Assembly: GCA_044353505.1 (NCBI GenBank)
Contig: JBILBU010000003.1
Location: 8,544-72,543, forward strand
Length of the DNA stretch: 64,000 nt
DNA from: Chitinophagaceae bacterium
GTDB taxonomy: Bacteria; Bacteroidota; Bacteroidia; Chitinophagales; Chitinophagaceae
Reading direction: 5' to 3'
The notes under the pieces were generated by a model. It saw nothing but the letters and a program-made list of their open reading frames with translations, was not told where the DNA came from and ran no database searches. Positions 29,228 through 38,575 of this stretch are shown here, one piece after another (the first letter of the stretch is position 1; each line of letters opens with the position of its first letter). The position numbers and the translations under genes are program-made.

Positions 29228-31075
29228 ATGATCCAAAGAAAAGAAGAAGTACTCAGTGATATCGTAATAAAATTTGCAGGAGACAGCGGCGATGGCATGC
29301 AACTTACCGGTAGCCAATTTACCAATAATACAGCGCTTCTGGGTATTGACCTGGCTACCTTCCCGGATTTCCCAGCTGAAATCCGAGCTCCACAAGGAAC
29401 ACTTCCCGGGGTGAGTGGCTACCAACTTCGTTTTTCAAGTGATGCCATCTATACGCCTGGAGATCTCTGCGATGTACTTGTTGCCATGAACGCTGCCGCA
29501 CTCAAAACCAACCTGAAAGCAATTAAGCCAGGTGGGAGAATTATTGCCAATGTAGATGGCTTTGATTCTAAAAACCTTCGTTTGGCTAATTATCCCGAAG
29601 GGATAAACCCGCTTGATGACGGTTCACTGGAAAGTTTTGAACTCATCCGCATGGATGTTACCAAAATGACAAGAGAGGCCCTCAAAGACATCACCCTTGG
29701 TACAAAAGAGAAAGATAGGGCAAAGAACATGTTCGTTCTGGGATTCCTCTATTGGATGTACAGCAGGGATATGGACAGCACGCTGAAGTTTCTGAATGAA
29801 AAATTTGGGAAAAAAGATGAAATCCTAAATGCCAATTTAAGGGCTTTGCAAGCCGGCTATAACTATGGAGATACCACCGAAACCTTTACAACAAGGTATA
29901 AGGTTGAAAAAGCCAAAATGAAACCGGGTAACTACCGTTCGATAATGGGTAATCAGGCCCTATCACTCGGCCTCGTTGCAGCATCTCAAAAAAGTGGGCT
30001 TCCCCTTTTCCTTGGGTCTTACCCAATCACACCAGCTTCAGATATTCTTCATGAACTGAGCAGATTCAAGAATTTTGGGGTCAAAACATTTCAGGCAGAA
30101 GACGAAATAGCGGGCATTAGCGCTGCAATCGGTGCAGCCTATGGCGGAGCACTTGCAGTCACCACAACCTCAGGACCAGGACTAGCCCTCAAGGGCGAGG
30201 CCATGGGACTTGCTGTAATGCTGGAGATACCGCTGCTGATTATAAATGTTCAACGTGGCGGTCCATCAACCGGACTTCCCACAAAAACTGAACAAAGTGA
30301 TTTACTCCAAGCATACTATGGAAGAAATGGTGAGTGCCCAATGCCGGTTATTTCAACATCTACGCCGAGCGACTGCTTTGATGTTGCTTATGAAGCAGCA
30401 AGAATTTCAGTTCAACACATGACTCCGGTAATTTTACTAAGCGATGGCTATATCGCCAATGGTGCTGAACCTTGGCTCTTCCCTAAAGAAGAACAACTTC
30501 CTCCCATTGATATTCAATTCAAAACAACACTCGAAGACGGAGAGGAAAAACTTCTACCATACAAAAGAGATGAAAAATTGGTCAGGCCATGGGCGGTGCC
30601 AGGCACTAAGGGGCTTGAACATAGGATAGGCGGACTTGAAAAGCAAGACATCACGGGCAATGTTAGCTATGACCCAGACAACCATGAACACATGGTAAAA
30701 ACCAGACAAGCCAAGGTGGATATGATTGCACAACACATACCCGATCAAAAAATTGACAGTGGCAAAGACAAGGGAAAAGTATTGGTGATTGGCTGGGGCA
30801 GCACCTATGGCTCAATAAAAAGTTCAGTGGCAGAATTATTACAGGAAGGACATGCCATTTCACATGCACACATCAGGTACTTGAGACCATTCCCTAAAAA
30901 CTTGGCTGAAATTATCGCTGGATTTGATACAGTACTCATCCCAGAAATAAACAATGGTCAGCTCGTGAAGATTATTCGTGATGTCTATTTTGTAGATGCA
31001 AAGGCATACAACAAAATAAAAGGAAATCCATTCACAAAAGGTGAACTGATTGCTGAAATAAGAAAATATCTATAA
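29228..31075 (+). CDS. korA: 2-oxoacid:ferredoxin (acceptor) oxidoreductase alpha subunit (gamma-alpha fusion)
   Basis: FAGDSGDGMQ, PAEIRAPQG, YPITPAS, QAEDEIA, TTSGPG, QRGGPSTGLPTK. Confidence 0.93.
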   Translation: MIQRKEEVLSDIVIKFAGDSGDGMQLTGSQFTNNTALLGIDLATFPDFPAEIRAPQGTLPGVSGYQLRFSSDAIYTPGDLCDVLVAMNAAALKTNLKAIKPGGRIIANVDGFDSKNLRLANYPEGINPLDDGSLESFELIRMDVTKMTREALKDITLGTKEKDRAKNMFVLGFLYWMYSRDMDSTLKFLNEKFGKKDEILNANLRALQAGYNYGDTTETFTTRYKVEKAKMKPGNYRSIMGNQALSLGLVAASQKSGLPLFLGSYPITPASDILHELSRFKNFGVKTFQAEDEIAGISAAIGAAYGGALAVTTTSGPGLALKGEAMGLAVMLEIPLLIINVQRGGPSTGLPTKTEQSDLLQAYYGRNGECPMPVISTSTPSDCFDVAYEAARISVQHMTPVILLSDGYIANGAEPWLFPKEEQLPPIDIQFKTTLEDGEEKLLPYKRDEKLVRPWAVPGTKGLEHRIGGLEKQDITGNVSYDPDNHEHMVKTRQAKVDMIAQHIPDQKIDSGKDKGKVLVIGWGSTYGSIKSSVAELLQEGHAISHAHIRYLRPFPKNLAEIIAGFDTVLIPEINNGQLVKIIRDVYFVDAKAYNKIKGNPFTKGELIAEIRKYL

Positions 31076-31082
31076 AAAAGAA

Positions 31083-31140
31083 TTAGGGTTTAATAGTTCA
31101 GGAAAAGAAACAAATCCTCACTTCAACTATTAAACCCTAA
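31083..31140. terminator. Long hairpin between convergent korA and Gfo/Idh/MocA genes, probable terminator
   Basis: Perfect 16-bp arms TTAGGGTTTAATAGTT / AACTATTAAACCCTAA. Confidence 0.7.
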
Positions 31141-31145
31141 CAGTA

Positions 31146-32339
31146 TTAAGAAATAATCCTGGCAATAATCTTGCCCGTTTTCTTCTCTTTCAAAATAAGT
31201 TTCTTCTCACCATAATGTGTCACTTCCTCTTTTACAAGATAGTGATCATCATCAAATTCAACCAAGGTGCTCTCCTTGGTTTGCCCCTCTAGCCCCCGCC
31301 AATCGTCCAACTTAATCGGTTCCCATATTTTCGACTTTGCACTGCGATAAGCAGCATCAAGTACAGCATTTACAATGTATCCATCATAAAAGGTTTCCCT
31401 TGGCTTAGTTCCTTTTTCAAAGGCATCAAACATATCAAAAAACATATGATTGTATCCAAGCTCATTAATTTCATCCCCTACAGGAAATAGCCATCCAGTA
31501 TTGGATTCTGCTTTTTCTGCTACATAATCACCCCCTTTTCCAGACGTGAACATATCAAATCCTGTTCTTAAAAAACTGTTGATCCAAATGGTTCCCTCTG
31601 TTCCCATCACTTCATCTCGCAAATCAAGTCCGCCACGAAAAGTCCAACTAACTTCAAATTGACCTATTGCGCCATTCTCATACTTCACCAATCCAATGGC
31701 ATTGTCTTCTGCCTCTATTGGCTTCACCATTGTGTCTGACCAACACATCACTTCAACAGGCCTAATGTCTTTACCTATATAGGTTCTGGTTATTTCAACA
31801 CAATGACATCCAAGATCAAGCAAGCAACCTCCGCCGGCTTTTTCCAAATCCCAGAACCAATCACTGTGAGGGCCAGGATGTGTTTCGCGCGACTTCGCCC
31901 AAAGAATTCTGCCCAAAGCACCATTTTTGACACTTTCATACGCCTTGATAAATTTTGGAGTATACACAAGGTCCTCAAGATAACCGTTAAAAATTCCTGC
32001 CTTCTCAACCGCTTCCAGCATACGTTTTGCCTCAACTGCATTTCGTCCAAGGGGCTTTGTTGAGATTACCGCCTTCTTGTGTTTACAGCAAAGCATAACA
32101 GCTTCCTCATGTAAGTTATTGGGCAATGAAATACATACCATATCAACATCAGGATGAGCAATAGCTTCCTCCATCACGGTAGTATAATGTTCACATCCAT
32201 AATCTTCAGCAAATTTCTTCGCCTGTTCTTCACGCCTAGAATAAATGGATACAATCTTGTCCTTACTTCTCAATCCATGTATAGAATCTGCGTAAAATCT
32301 TCCAATAAATCCTGATCCGAGCATTGCAAGTTTGACCAT
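31146..32339 (-). CDS. Gfo/Idh/MocA family oxidoreductase
   Basis: LGSGFIG Rossmann motif, PNNLH, STKPL (EKP variant), GGGCLLDLGCH. Confidence 0.88.
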   Translation of the reverse strand: MVKLAMLGSGFIGRFYADSIHGLRSKDKIVSIYSRREEQAKKFAEDYGCEHYTTVMEEAIAHPDVDMVCISLPNNLHEEAVMLCCKHKKAVISTKPLGRNAVEAKRMLEAVEKAGIFNGYLEDLVYTPKFIKAYESVKNGALGRILWAKSRETHPGPHSDWFWDLEKAGGGCLLDLGCHCVEITRTYIGKDIRPVEVMCWSDTMVKPIEAEDNAIGLVKYENGAIGQFEVSWTFRGGLDLRDEVMGTEGTIWINSFLRTGFDMFTSGKGGDYVAEKAESNTGWLFPVGDEINELGYNHMFFDMFDAFEKGTKPRETFYDGYIVNAVLDAAYRSAKSKIWEPIKLDDWRGLEGQTKESTLVEFDDDHYLVKEEVTHYGEKKLILKEKKTGKIIARIIS

Positions 32340-32356
32340 AAAAAGGGTTTAGTTGT

Positions 32357-33583
32357 TTAAGCGTTTATTTGTTTAGATTTTGTGTCTTTGAAAAAGAGCA
32401 AAAGAAAAACGAGACTCACAGCGGCAATCCCTGCAGGGACAAGCCATACGTTGAGCCAATTGGTAACTTCATTAGTTGTGTACATATCTTTGACTTTACC
32501 TGCTACTACAGATCCGATTAACATACCTATCCCGTAAGTAGCCAAACTAATCAAGGCTTGAGCCTGAGATTTAATTTTTTCTCCTGCTTTCTTATCGGTA
32601 TAAATCATGCCGCTAACAAAAAAGAAATCATAACAAACCCCGTGCAATAATATTGCTGCATAGAGCATCCACGTACTTGAAGCAGCATCACCATAGCCGA
32701 AGAAAGCAAACCGAAGAATCCATGCCAGAAGTCCAACAACCAAAATTTTCTTAACCCCAAATCTACTATACGCAAAAGGGAGCAACAACATAAACAACAC
32801 CTCTGATACTTGCCCCAATGACATCATGTTTTCAATCCTGAAGGTGGATGGATCTGCTGTTGGAAATGCCGCCTTGAATCCATCAGTCAATGAAGGATTA
32901 GCCCAAGTATAGTAGAACGATAGTGGGATGCAAATCAATACGGAAGAAATGAAAAAGATAACAAAAGACCTGTCCTTAAACAGCACAAATGCATCCTTGC
33001 CAATTATCTGCGAGAAGCTTGTTTTGCCTGTAGCAGTGGGTTGGGTTTGCGGTAGAAAAAATGACATTACCCCCAACAATGCAGCAGCAATCATTGCGAT
33101 TTGAAAAATAGCCACTTTATCCCCTACGCCCATGAAACCGACCAGATTGACCACTACAATCCAGGCAAGCGTACCAAAAACCCTGATGGCAGGAAATTCT
33201 TTTTCCGGATTCGACATCTGACGCATCGAAATGGAACTGGTAAGGGCAATTGTAGGAGCAAAAGTCAATGAATAGGAAAGCATCACCCAATAAAAAATAT
33301 CAGGATCAGTAGTCTGGGTCAATACAAACAGTATGGCTGCGCCTAACAAGTTTAACACCCCCAATACTTTTTGTGCCTGAAAGAACCTATCAGCCAGCAT
33401 TCCTACAAAAAATGGAGCTGCAATCATCGCAACAGAAAAAGCAGCATAGGCACTACCAACTTGATCTCCTGTAGCCCCAAGTTGATCTGTCATGTATTTA
33501 CTCATCTGCCCATACCATGCACCCCAAACAAAAAATTGCATGAACATCATAGCGGACAGCTGAACTCTTGTGATTGATTTCAT
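32357..33583 (-). CDS. MFS nucleoside:H+ symporter (NupG/XapB-like)
   Basis: LSAMMFMQFFVWGAW, FPAIRVFGTLAW, GQVSEVLF, LHGVCYDFFF; about 12 TM segments. Confidence 0.88.
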   Translation of the reverse strand: MKSITRVQLSAMMFMQFFVWGAWYGQMSKYMTDQLGATGDQVGSAYAAFSVAMIAAPFFVGMLADRFFQAQKVLGVLNLLGAAILFVLTQTTDPDIFYWVMLSYSLTFAPTIALTSSISMRQMSNPEKEFPAIRVFGTLAWIVVVNLVGFMGVGDKVAIFQIAMIAAALLGVMSFFLPQTQPTATGKTSFSQIIGKDAFVLFKDRSFVIFFISSVLICIPLSFYYTWANPSLTDGFKAAFPTADPSTFRIENMMSLGQVSEVLFMLLLPFAYSRFGVKKILVVGLLAWILRFAFFGYGDAASSTWMLYAAILLHGVCYDFFFVSGMIYTDKKAGEKIKSQAQALISLATYGIGMLIGSVVAGKVKDMYTTNEVTNWLNVWLVPAGIAAVSLVFLLLFFKDTKSKQINA

Positions 33584-33714
33584 ATTAAAAATTATATTTC
33601 AAGATAATGATTTTTTATTAAGACATCAGTCATGTAACAACACAGCCCAATCAGTTCTTTGTTGATGGTGTGTTGCAGTGATTTTAGTAAAGAGCATTCT
33701 TTGTAAATCAAGTA

Positions 33715-34383
33715 CTAAGGCTGATCTGAGGTTGCTGCCAACTTGGGTTTGGACTTCTTAAAAAACAAACAGATGTTGGTTAGTCCACACGCTTCACACT
33801 TGGGGTTACGTGCAATGCAAGTGTACCTGCCATGTAGAATCAGCCAATGATGGGCCATGTGAACAAGCTCAGATGGAATATATTGTATCAGTTGCTTTTC
33901 TGCGGCCAAAGGAGTCTTGGCCCCACGGGTTAGGCCCAAACGGGCAGACACCCTAAAAACATGGGTATCGACGGCCATATTGGGCTGCTGGTCAATCACC
34001 GAAGTAATTACATTGGCCGTTTTGCGCCCAACCCCAGGTAATTTAACCAGCTCATCCACTGTCATTGGTACAGCTCCGCCAAAATCATTGATGAGCATAT
34101 TGGCCATTCCAATTAAATGCTTGGTCTTGTTATTGGGATAAGAGATGCTCTTGATCAAGGGAAAAAGGGCATCAAAATTGGTTGAGGCCAATTCAACAGG
34201 AGTTGGGAATTGATTGAAAATTTCAGGTGTAGTCAGATTTACGCGCTTGTCAGTACATTGCGCGGAGAGAATAACAGCTACCAATAATTCAAATGGATTC
34301 CTATAAGAAAGCTCTGTTTCTGCAACAGGAATACTCTTCTGAAAATGATCAATGACGATATCGTAACGCTCCTTCCTTTTCAT
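33715..34383 (-). CDS. nth: Endonuclease III
   Basis: LSAQCTD, HhH LPGVGRKTANV, VDTHV, 4Fe-4S C-x6-C-x2-C-x5-C. Confidence 0.96.
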   Translation of the reverse strand: MKRKERYDIVIDHFQKSIPVAETELSYRNPFELLVAVILSAQCTDKRVNLTTPEIFNQFPTPVELASTNFDALFPLIKSISYPNNKTKHLIGMANMLINDFGGAVPMTVDELVKLPGVGRKTANVITSVIDQQPNMAVDTHVFRVSARLGLTRGAKTPLAAEKQLIQYIPSELVHMAHHWLILHGRYTCIARNPKCEACGLTNICLFFKKSKPKLAATSDQP

Positions 34384-34421
34384 ACACAATAAGAAGACGG
34401 AAGGTACAACGAAATATTGCT

Positions 34422-34652
34422 TTAGAGAATGGTTTCGGAGGGATTGGAAGCATAGGAGATGATGGACCGAAGCGTCTCATCGGCAGGATTAAGAGTAAGC
34501 CTTCCCAACGCTTCAACTCCTTGCTTAAGCATAGTAAATTGCTCCATCATCGCTGGATTGTTTTCGATACCCATCAAAAAATCAGCATGCTCAACTGCAG
34601 ACATGTCATTATAGAGAAAACGCAACATCGACTCAAGAATTAATAAGCTCAT
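34422..34652 (-). CDS. Small hypothetical protein resembling an anti-sigma N-terminal helical domain
   Basis: RFLYNDMS..E...F...IENN..MMEQF..LK....L....L.P....L..II.YA pattern; lies just upstream of nth. ATG at 34652 (track uses TTG at 34658). Confidence 0.6.
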   Translation of the reverse strand: MSLLILESMLRFLYNDMSAVEHADFLMGIENNPAMMEQFTMLKQGVEALGRLTLNPADETLRSIISYASNPSETIL

Positions 34653-34822
34653 AATCAATTTTTTACCCGCTAATAATGGGATGACTAAGGTTTGGAATGA
34701 TCGTCGTCAAAGGCAACAATCATAGTTTCCAATTGATGGAAAATTAAATAATCCGCCACACAGGATTAAAACGCTCACAGATCCGAAATATTGTGAGCAC
34801 CCATAAAATTTAGTAAACAGGC

Positions 34823-35122
34823 TTATTCTACAGACGCTTTCTTTTCTCTAATCAGAAAGACATCCTCCCCATCCCTTTTCATAAGATACTGCTCACGGGC
34901 CACCTTTTCCAACCAGATGGGATTTGTTTTCATTAACTCAAGCTCTATTCGGGTCTTGTCAATCTGCTCCTGATAATACTTTTTACTCTGTTTTAACCCA
35001 TGCAATTGATCTCTATATTCTAGATGTTGGAAGAGCGTACTGTGATCAAAAAATAGCATCCAGGCCACAAAAAAAACTATGGCGAGTAGGTACTTGTTAC
35101 GAAAAAAACGTAAAATTTTCAT
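34823..35122 (-). CDS. ftsB: Septum formation initiator FtsB/DivIC family protein
   Basis: NKYLLAIVFFVAWMLFFD TM segment, coiled coil, LEKVAREQYLMKRDGEDVF; ATG at 35122. Confidence 0.85.
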   Translation of the reverse strand: MKILRFFRNKYLLAIVFFVAWMLFFDHSTLFQHLEYRDQLHGLKQSKKYYQEQIDKTRIELELMKTNPIWLEKVAREQYLMKRDGEDVFLIREKKASVE

Positions 35123-35148
35123 GCGATAAGTAAAGTTAGGGAAAATCA

Positions 35149-35278
35149 AGGGACGAGGGACTAGGGACTAGGAAATGCAAGCGGCAAATATTACATTGGG
35201 GAAAGAGGTTGAATGTTAGCACAAGTCCCTTGTCCCTCGTCACTGGCGGCTCCTCGTCCCTTGTCCCTCGTCACTGGC
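35149..35278. repeat. Inverted arrays of heptamer repeats between divergent ftsB and obgE
   Basis: AGGGACG-AGGGACT-AGGGACT at 35149-35169; complementary heptamers NGTCMCT at 35224-35275, including a 23-bp direct repeat (35225-35247 and 35256-35278). Confidence 0.85.
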
Positions 35279-35302
35279 TGTTTTTTCAGTAACTTGCGCT
35301 TC

Positions 35303-36292
35303 ATGGAAAAATCGAATTTCGTCGACCAGATTAGGGTATTTTGTAAAAGTGGACATGGTGGGGCAGGAAGCAAGCACTACATGCGAACCAAATTCAATGC
35401 CATGGCTGGACCAGACGGTGGAGATGGAGGAAGGGGTGCACACATCATCCTGCGGGGAAACAAGAACCTTTGGACCTTACTGCATTTGCGTTATTACAAG
35501 AATGTGATTGCTGAAAATGGTCAGCATGGCAATAAAAACAACATGACTGGCCGTGACGGAAAAGATATCATCATTGAAGTTCCTCTTGGCACCGTTGCCA
35601 AAGATGATGAAACGGGTGAGCTCAACGGAGAGATCATGGAAGATGGTCAAGAGCTTATTTGGGTTAAGGGTGGACGAGGAGGATTAGGCAATAAAAATTT
35701 TGCAACGGCAACCAACCAGGCTCCAGAATATGCACAACCTGGAGAAGACGGGTCTGAAGGCTGGAAAGTCCTAGAATTAAAAGTACTTGCAGACGTGGGC
35801 CTTGTTGGATTTCCAAATGCAGGGAAATCAACCCTGCTATCTTCAATCACTGCGGCTAAACCTAAAATAGCAGACTATGCATTTACCACACTTGTACCCC
35901 AATTGGGCATGGTGGAATATAGAAATAACAGGTCTTTTTGCATAGCAGATCTGCCAGGAATTATTGAAGGTGCGGCAGAAGGAAAAGGCTTGGGACATCG
36001 TTTTTTGAGACATATCGAAAGAAATCCTGTGCTCTTATTTTTGATTCCGGCAGATAGCAATGACCACAAACAGGAACTGGCCATACTGTTTAATGAGCTT
36101 GAACGATACAATTCGGAATTGCTGGATAAAAAGTTTGTCATTGCTATCAGCAAGAGTGATATGCTAGACGACGAACTGAAAACTGCAATAAGCAAAGAAC
36201 TTCCCAAAAAGATACCCCATGTATTCATTTCCTCAGTTTTAGGTACAGGGCTTCAAGACTTGAAGGATCTACTTTGGAAGGAACTACAATAA
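35303..36292 (+). CDS. obgE: Obg family GTPase ObgE/CgtA
   Basis: [38 protein letters not shown]. The true start is the ATG at 35303; the track's upstream extension is a translation of the repeat region. Confidence 0.96.
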   Translation: MEKSNFVDQIRVFCKSGHGGAGSKHYMRTKFNAMAGPDGGDGGRGAHIILRGNKNLWTLLHLRYYKNVIAENGQHGNKNNMTGRDGKDIIIEVPLGTVAKDDETGELNGEIMEDGQELIWVKGGRGGLGNKNFATATNQAPEYAQPGEDGSEGWKVLELKVLADVGLVGFPNAGKSTLLSSITAAKPKIADYAFTTLVPQLGMVEYRNNRSFCIADLPGIIEGAAEGKGLGHRFLRHIERNPVLLFLIPADSNDHKQELAILFNELERYNSELLDKKFVIAISKSDMLDDELKTAISKELPKKIPHVFISSVLGTGLQDLKDLLWKELQ

Positions 36293-36366
36293 ACTACAGG
36301 CCATAGCTTTTCCTTTATGGTTTAAGTTGTAACTTCTATATCCGAATCTACAACACAACACCTTAG

Positions 36367-38568
36367 ATGTTCTTCAAAAAATATCTTCAGAAACTGGCGA
36401 TTTTCTTACAGCTTTTTTGGGCATTCTTCCCAGGAATCCTACTGCTGAGTATCGCCTATTTATTTTTCAGCAACCTCATACAAGGAAAGGATATTCTCAT
36501 CACAGGATTGAGATCCAGGCAAACAGGTTTTTTCTTTACCATAGCATTATTTTTCTGGGTATTGGTAACCTGGTATACGTCTAGACTAATTGCATACAAT
36601 AATGACTGGTTATTTAGCATCACCAAAGAAGGACTATACCACACACCCCGTATTCTTGGATATGCTTGCTTCACCGTAATCATCATTTCGCTGTTTTTAT
36701 TAGAGAGCCCACTCAAAAATATATACCTCATACATATTGGGATACTAGGATATGCAGCTATAGTATACATAACCCTACATCCAATATTTGAGCGGATCAA
36801 AAATGCAAGAGAAAGAACCACCCTCATTAACCTGAGATACTTACTCTGGTTTTTATTTTTTGTGACCACTGCAATAATGGTGACACTACATTCCATTACA
36901 TCGTATATCATTGGGCTATCCGTCATTCAAGTAGGGTTTCTTTTTCTTGTCATTACAAGAAGAAAAATTAGTGAAACCAATATCCGTCATCACCAACTGC
37001 CCCCACTTTTTTTTATTGGTAGAATTCGAGCGCAGTATCGAGAAGTTATCCTGTGGCTATTTACGGATGGGGCTGCCAAAAAAGATACTTCACGAAAAGA
37101 AGGAATGATCCAAACTGAAAAAAATATTTTCTTTTGGTTTAGCATGTTTTCCATGATTGCATTATTAATATATGTTACTGCAGTTACTTCACTATCCTTT
37201 GCCCGGTACATTTCTGCGCTGCCAATCATTTTATTATCATTTGGAATATTGCTGGGCGCAGGAAATATTATCTCACTATTTTCTATCAAGCAGAAAATAA
37301 ATTTTCACTTCATCTTCATTGTAACACTAGTCGTTATCGGATACTTCGTTGAACCACATTTTGTTTCGCTTGAAAAGAACACGCTGAAAACATCTCCTTA
37401 TATCAAACGGCCCAACCTCAATCAGCAATTCCTTAAGTGGGTGGATAAAAGAAAAATATTACTTAATGATTCTGTACAAAAGCAGTTCCCGATCTTTTTT
37501 GTTTTGGCTGATGGAGGCGCCTCTCGATCGGCCTATTGGACAGCATCTGTGTTGAGTGAGATTGATCATGAAAGTAACGGACGCTTTTCAAATCAACTTT
37601 TTTGCCTCTCAGGCTCATCTGGAGGAAGTCTTGGTAACATAGCCTTCATTGCAGGAAGAAAAGACCAACACAACAAAACATTCCTTCCCCAAATACAAGC
37701 ATACTTATCAAATGACTTCCTCAGTTTTCCGCTTGTAAGGCTGATGGGACCAGACCTTCTTCTGCCGTTTTTGCCAGGAAAGATTGGAGGAGATCGGGCG
37801 AAGGCCCTGGAAGAATCATTTAAGGATGTCGGCTACGAAAATCCTTTCAGCGCTCTGATGAAAAAAAACTTTTCTGAGCTGATCCCCACCAACAACAAAT
37901 CATTTGATCCGATCATTGCTATCAACTGCACACGGATGCAAGATGGATCACCTGCAGTCGTGAGCAATATTCAAATAAACGAGGCGGTATTTGGCAAGCG
38001 GATTGATATCCTTAGTCTTCTTAACAAACATGAAGAGATATCAGTTGCATCTGCTATTGTGCTTGGTGCCCGATTTCCGTATTTTAGTCCGGCAGGTAGG
38101 ATCCAAGATCAATATTTTGTTGATGGGGGATATTTTGATAATTCAGGGGGTGGCGTTGTGCATGAAATGATGCTTGAGTTACAACAACTGATTAATGACA
38201 GCATTAAAACAAATGCATCCCACCCATTTAATAAAATTCGATTCCATGTGGTACATATCACTAACCAGCCTGAAACCGAAAAAAAGATTACAAAAACACA
38301 TCCCCTAGTTAATGATCTTGCTGCGCCAGTGAAAACAATTCTTGGATCCTATGCGAGTCAAACTGACATCAATAATCTTAGGCTATTAAAATATTTAGTC
38401 GGTATATATAGTGGTGATAGCACCTACCATTATGTGAATCTATATAAAAAGGGAGAGGATGATATCTATCCTATGAATTGGTCAATTTCTAACGGTTCAC
38501 TAAAAAAAATGAACCTTCGCTTGATAGAACATGAAATGATAGATGCAGTTGTGAAAGAAACACGCTGA
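36367..38568 (+). CDS. Polytopic membrane protein with C-terminal patatin/cPLA2-like phospholipase domain
   Basis: About 9 hydrophobic segments in the N-terminal ~330 aa, then ADGGASRSA (oxyanion), SGSSGGS (nucleophile), RFPYFSPAG and DGGYFDNSG. Confidence 0.8.
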   Translation: MFFKKYLQKLAIFLQLFWAFFPGILLLSIAYLFFSNLIQGKDILITGLRSRQTGFFFTIALFFWVLVTWYTSRLIAYNNDWLFSITKEGLYHTPRILGYACFTVIIISLFLLESPLKNIYLIHIGILGYAAIVYITLHPIFERIKNARERTTLINLRYLLWFLFFVTTAIMVTLHSITSYIIGLSVIQVGFLFLVITRRKISETNIRHHQLPPLFFIGRIRAQYREVILWLFTDGAAKKDTSRKEGMIQTEKNIFFWFSMFSMIALLIYVTAVTSLSFARYISALPIILLSFGILLGAGNIISLFSIKQKINFHFIFIVTLVVIGYFVEPHFVSLEKNTLKTSPYIKRPNLNQQFLKWVDKRKILLNDSVQKQFPIFFVLADGGASRSAYWTASVLSEIDHESNGRFSNQLFCLSGSSGGSLGNIAFIAGRKDQHNKTFLPQIQAYLSNDFLSFPLVRLMGPDLLLPFLPGKIGGDRAKALEESFKDVGYENPFSALMKKNFSELIPTNNKSFDPIIAINCTRMQDGSPAVVSNIQINEAVFGKRIDILSLLNKHEEISVASAIVLGARFPYFSPAGRIQDQYFVDGGYFDNSGGGVVHEMMLELQQLINDSIKTNASHPFNKIRFHVVHITNQPETEKKITKTHPLVNDLAAPVKTILGSYASQTDINNLRLLKYLVGIYSGDSTYHYVNLYKKGEDDIYPMNWSISNGSLKKMNLRLIEHEMIDAVVKETR

Positions 38569-38575
38569 CAAGAAC

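Noticed and set aside
35213-35302. N-terminal extension of ObgE ([22 protein letters not shown]) and the overlapping 60-67 aa ORFs
   Set aside because: These are translations of the heptamer repeat array; conserved Obg sequence starts at ATG 35303, just after a -7-like box.
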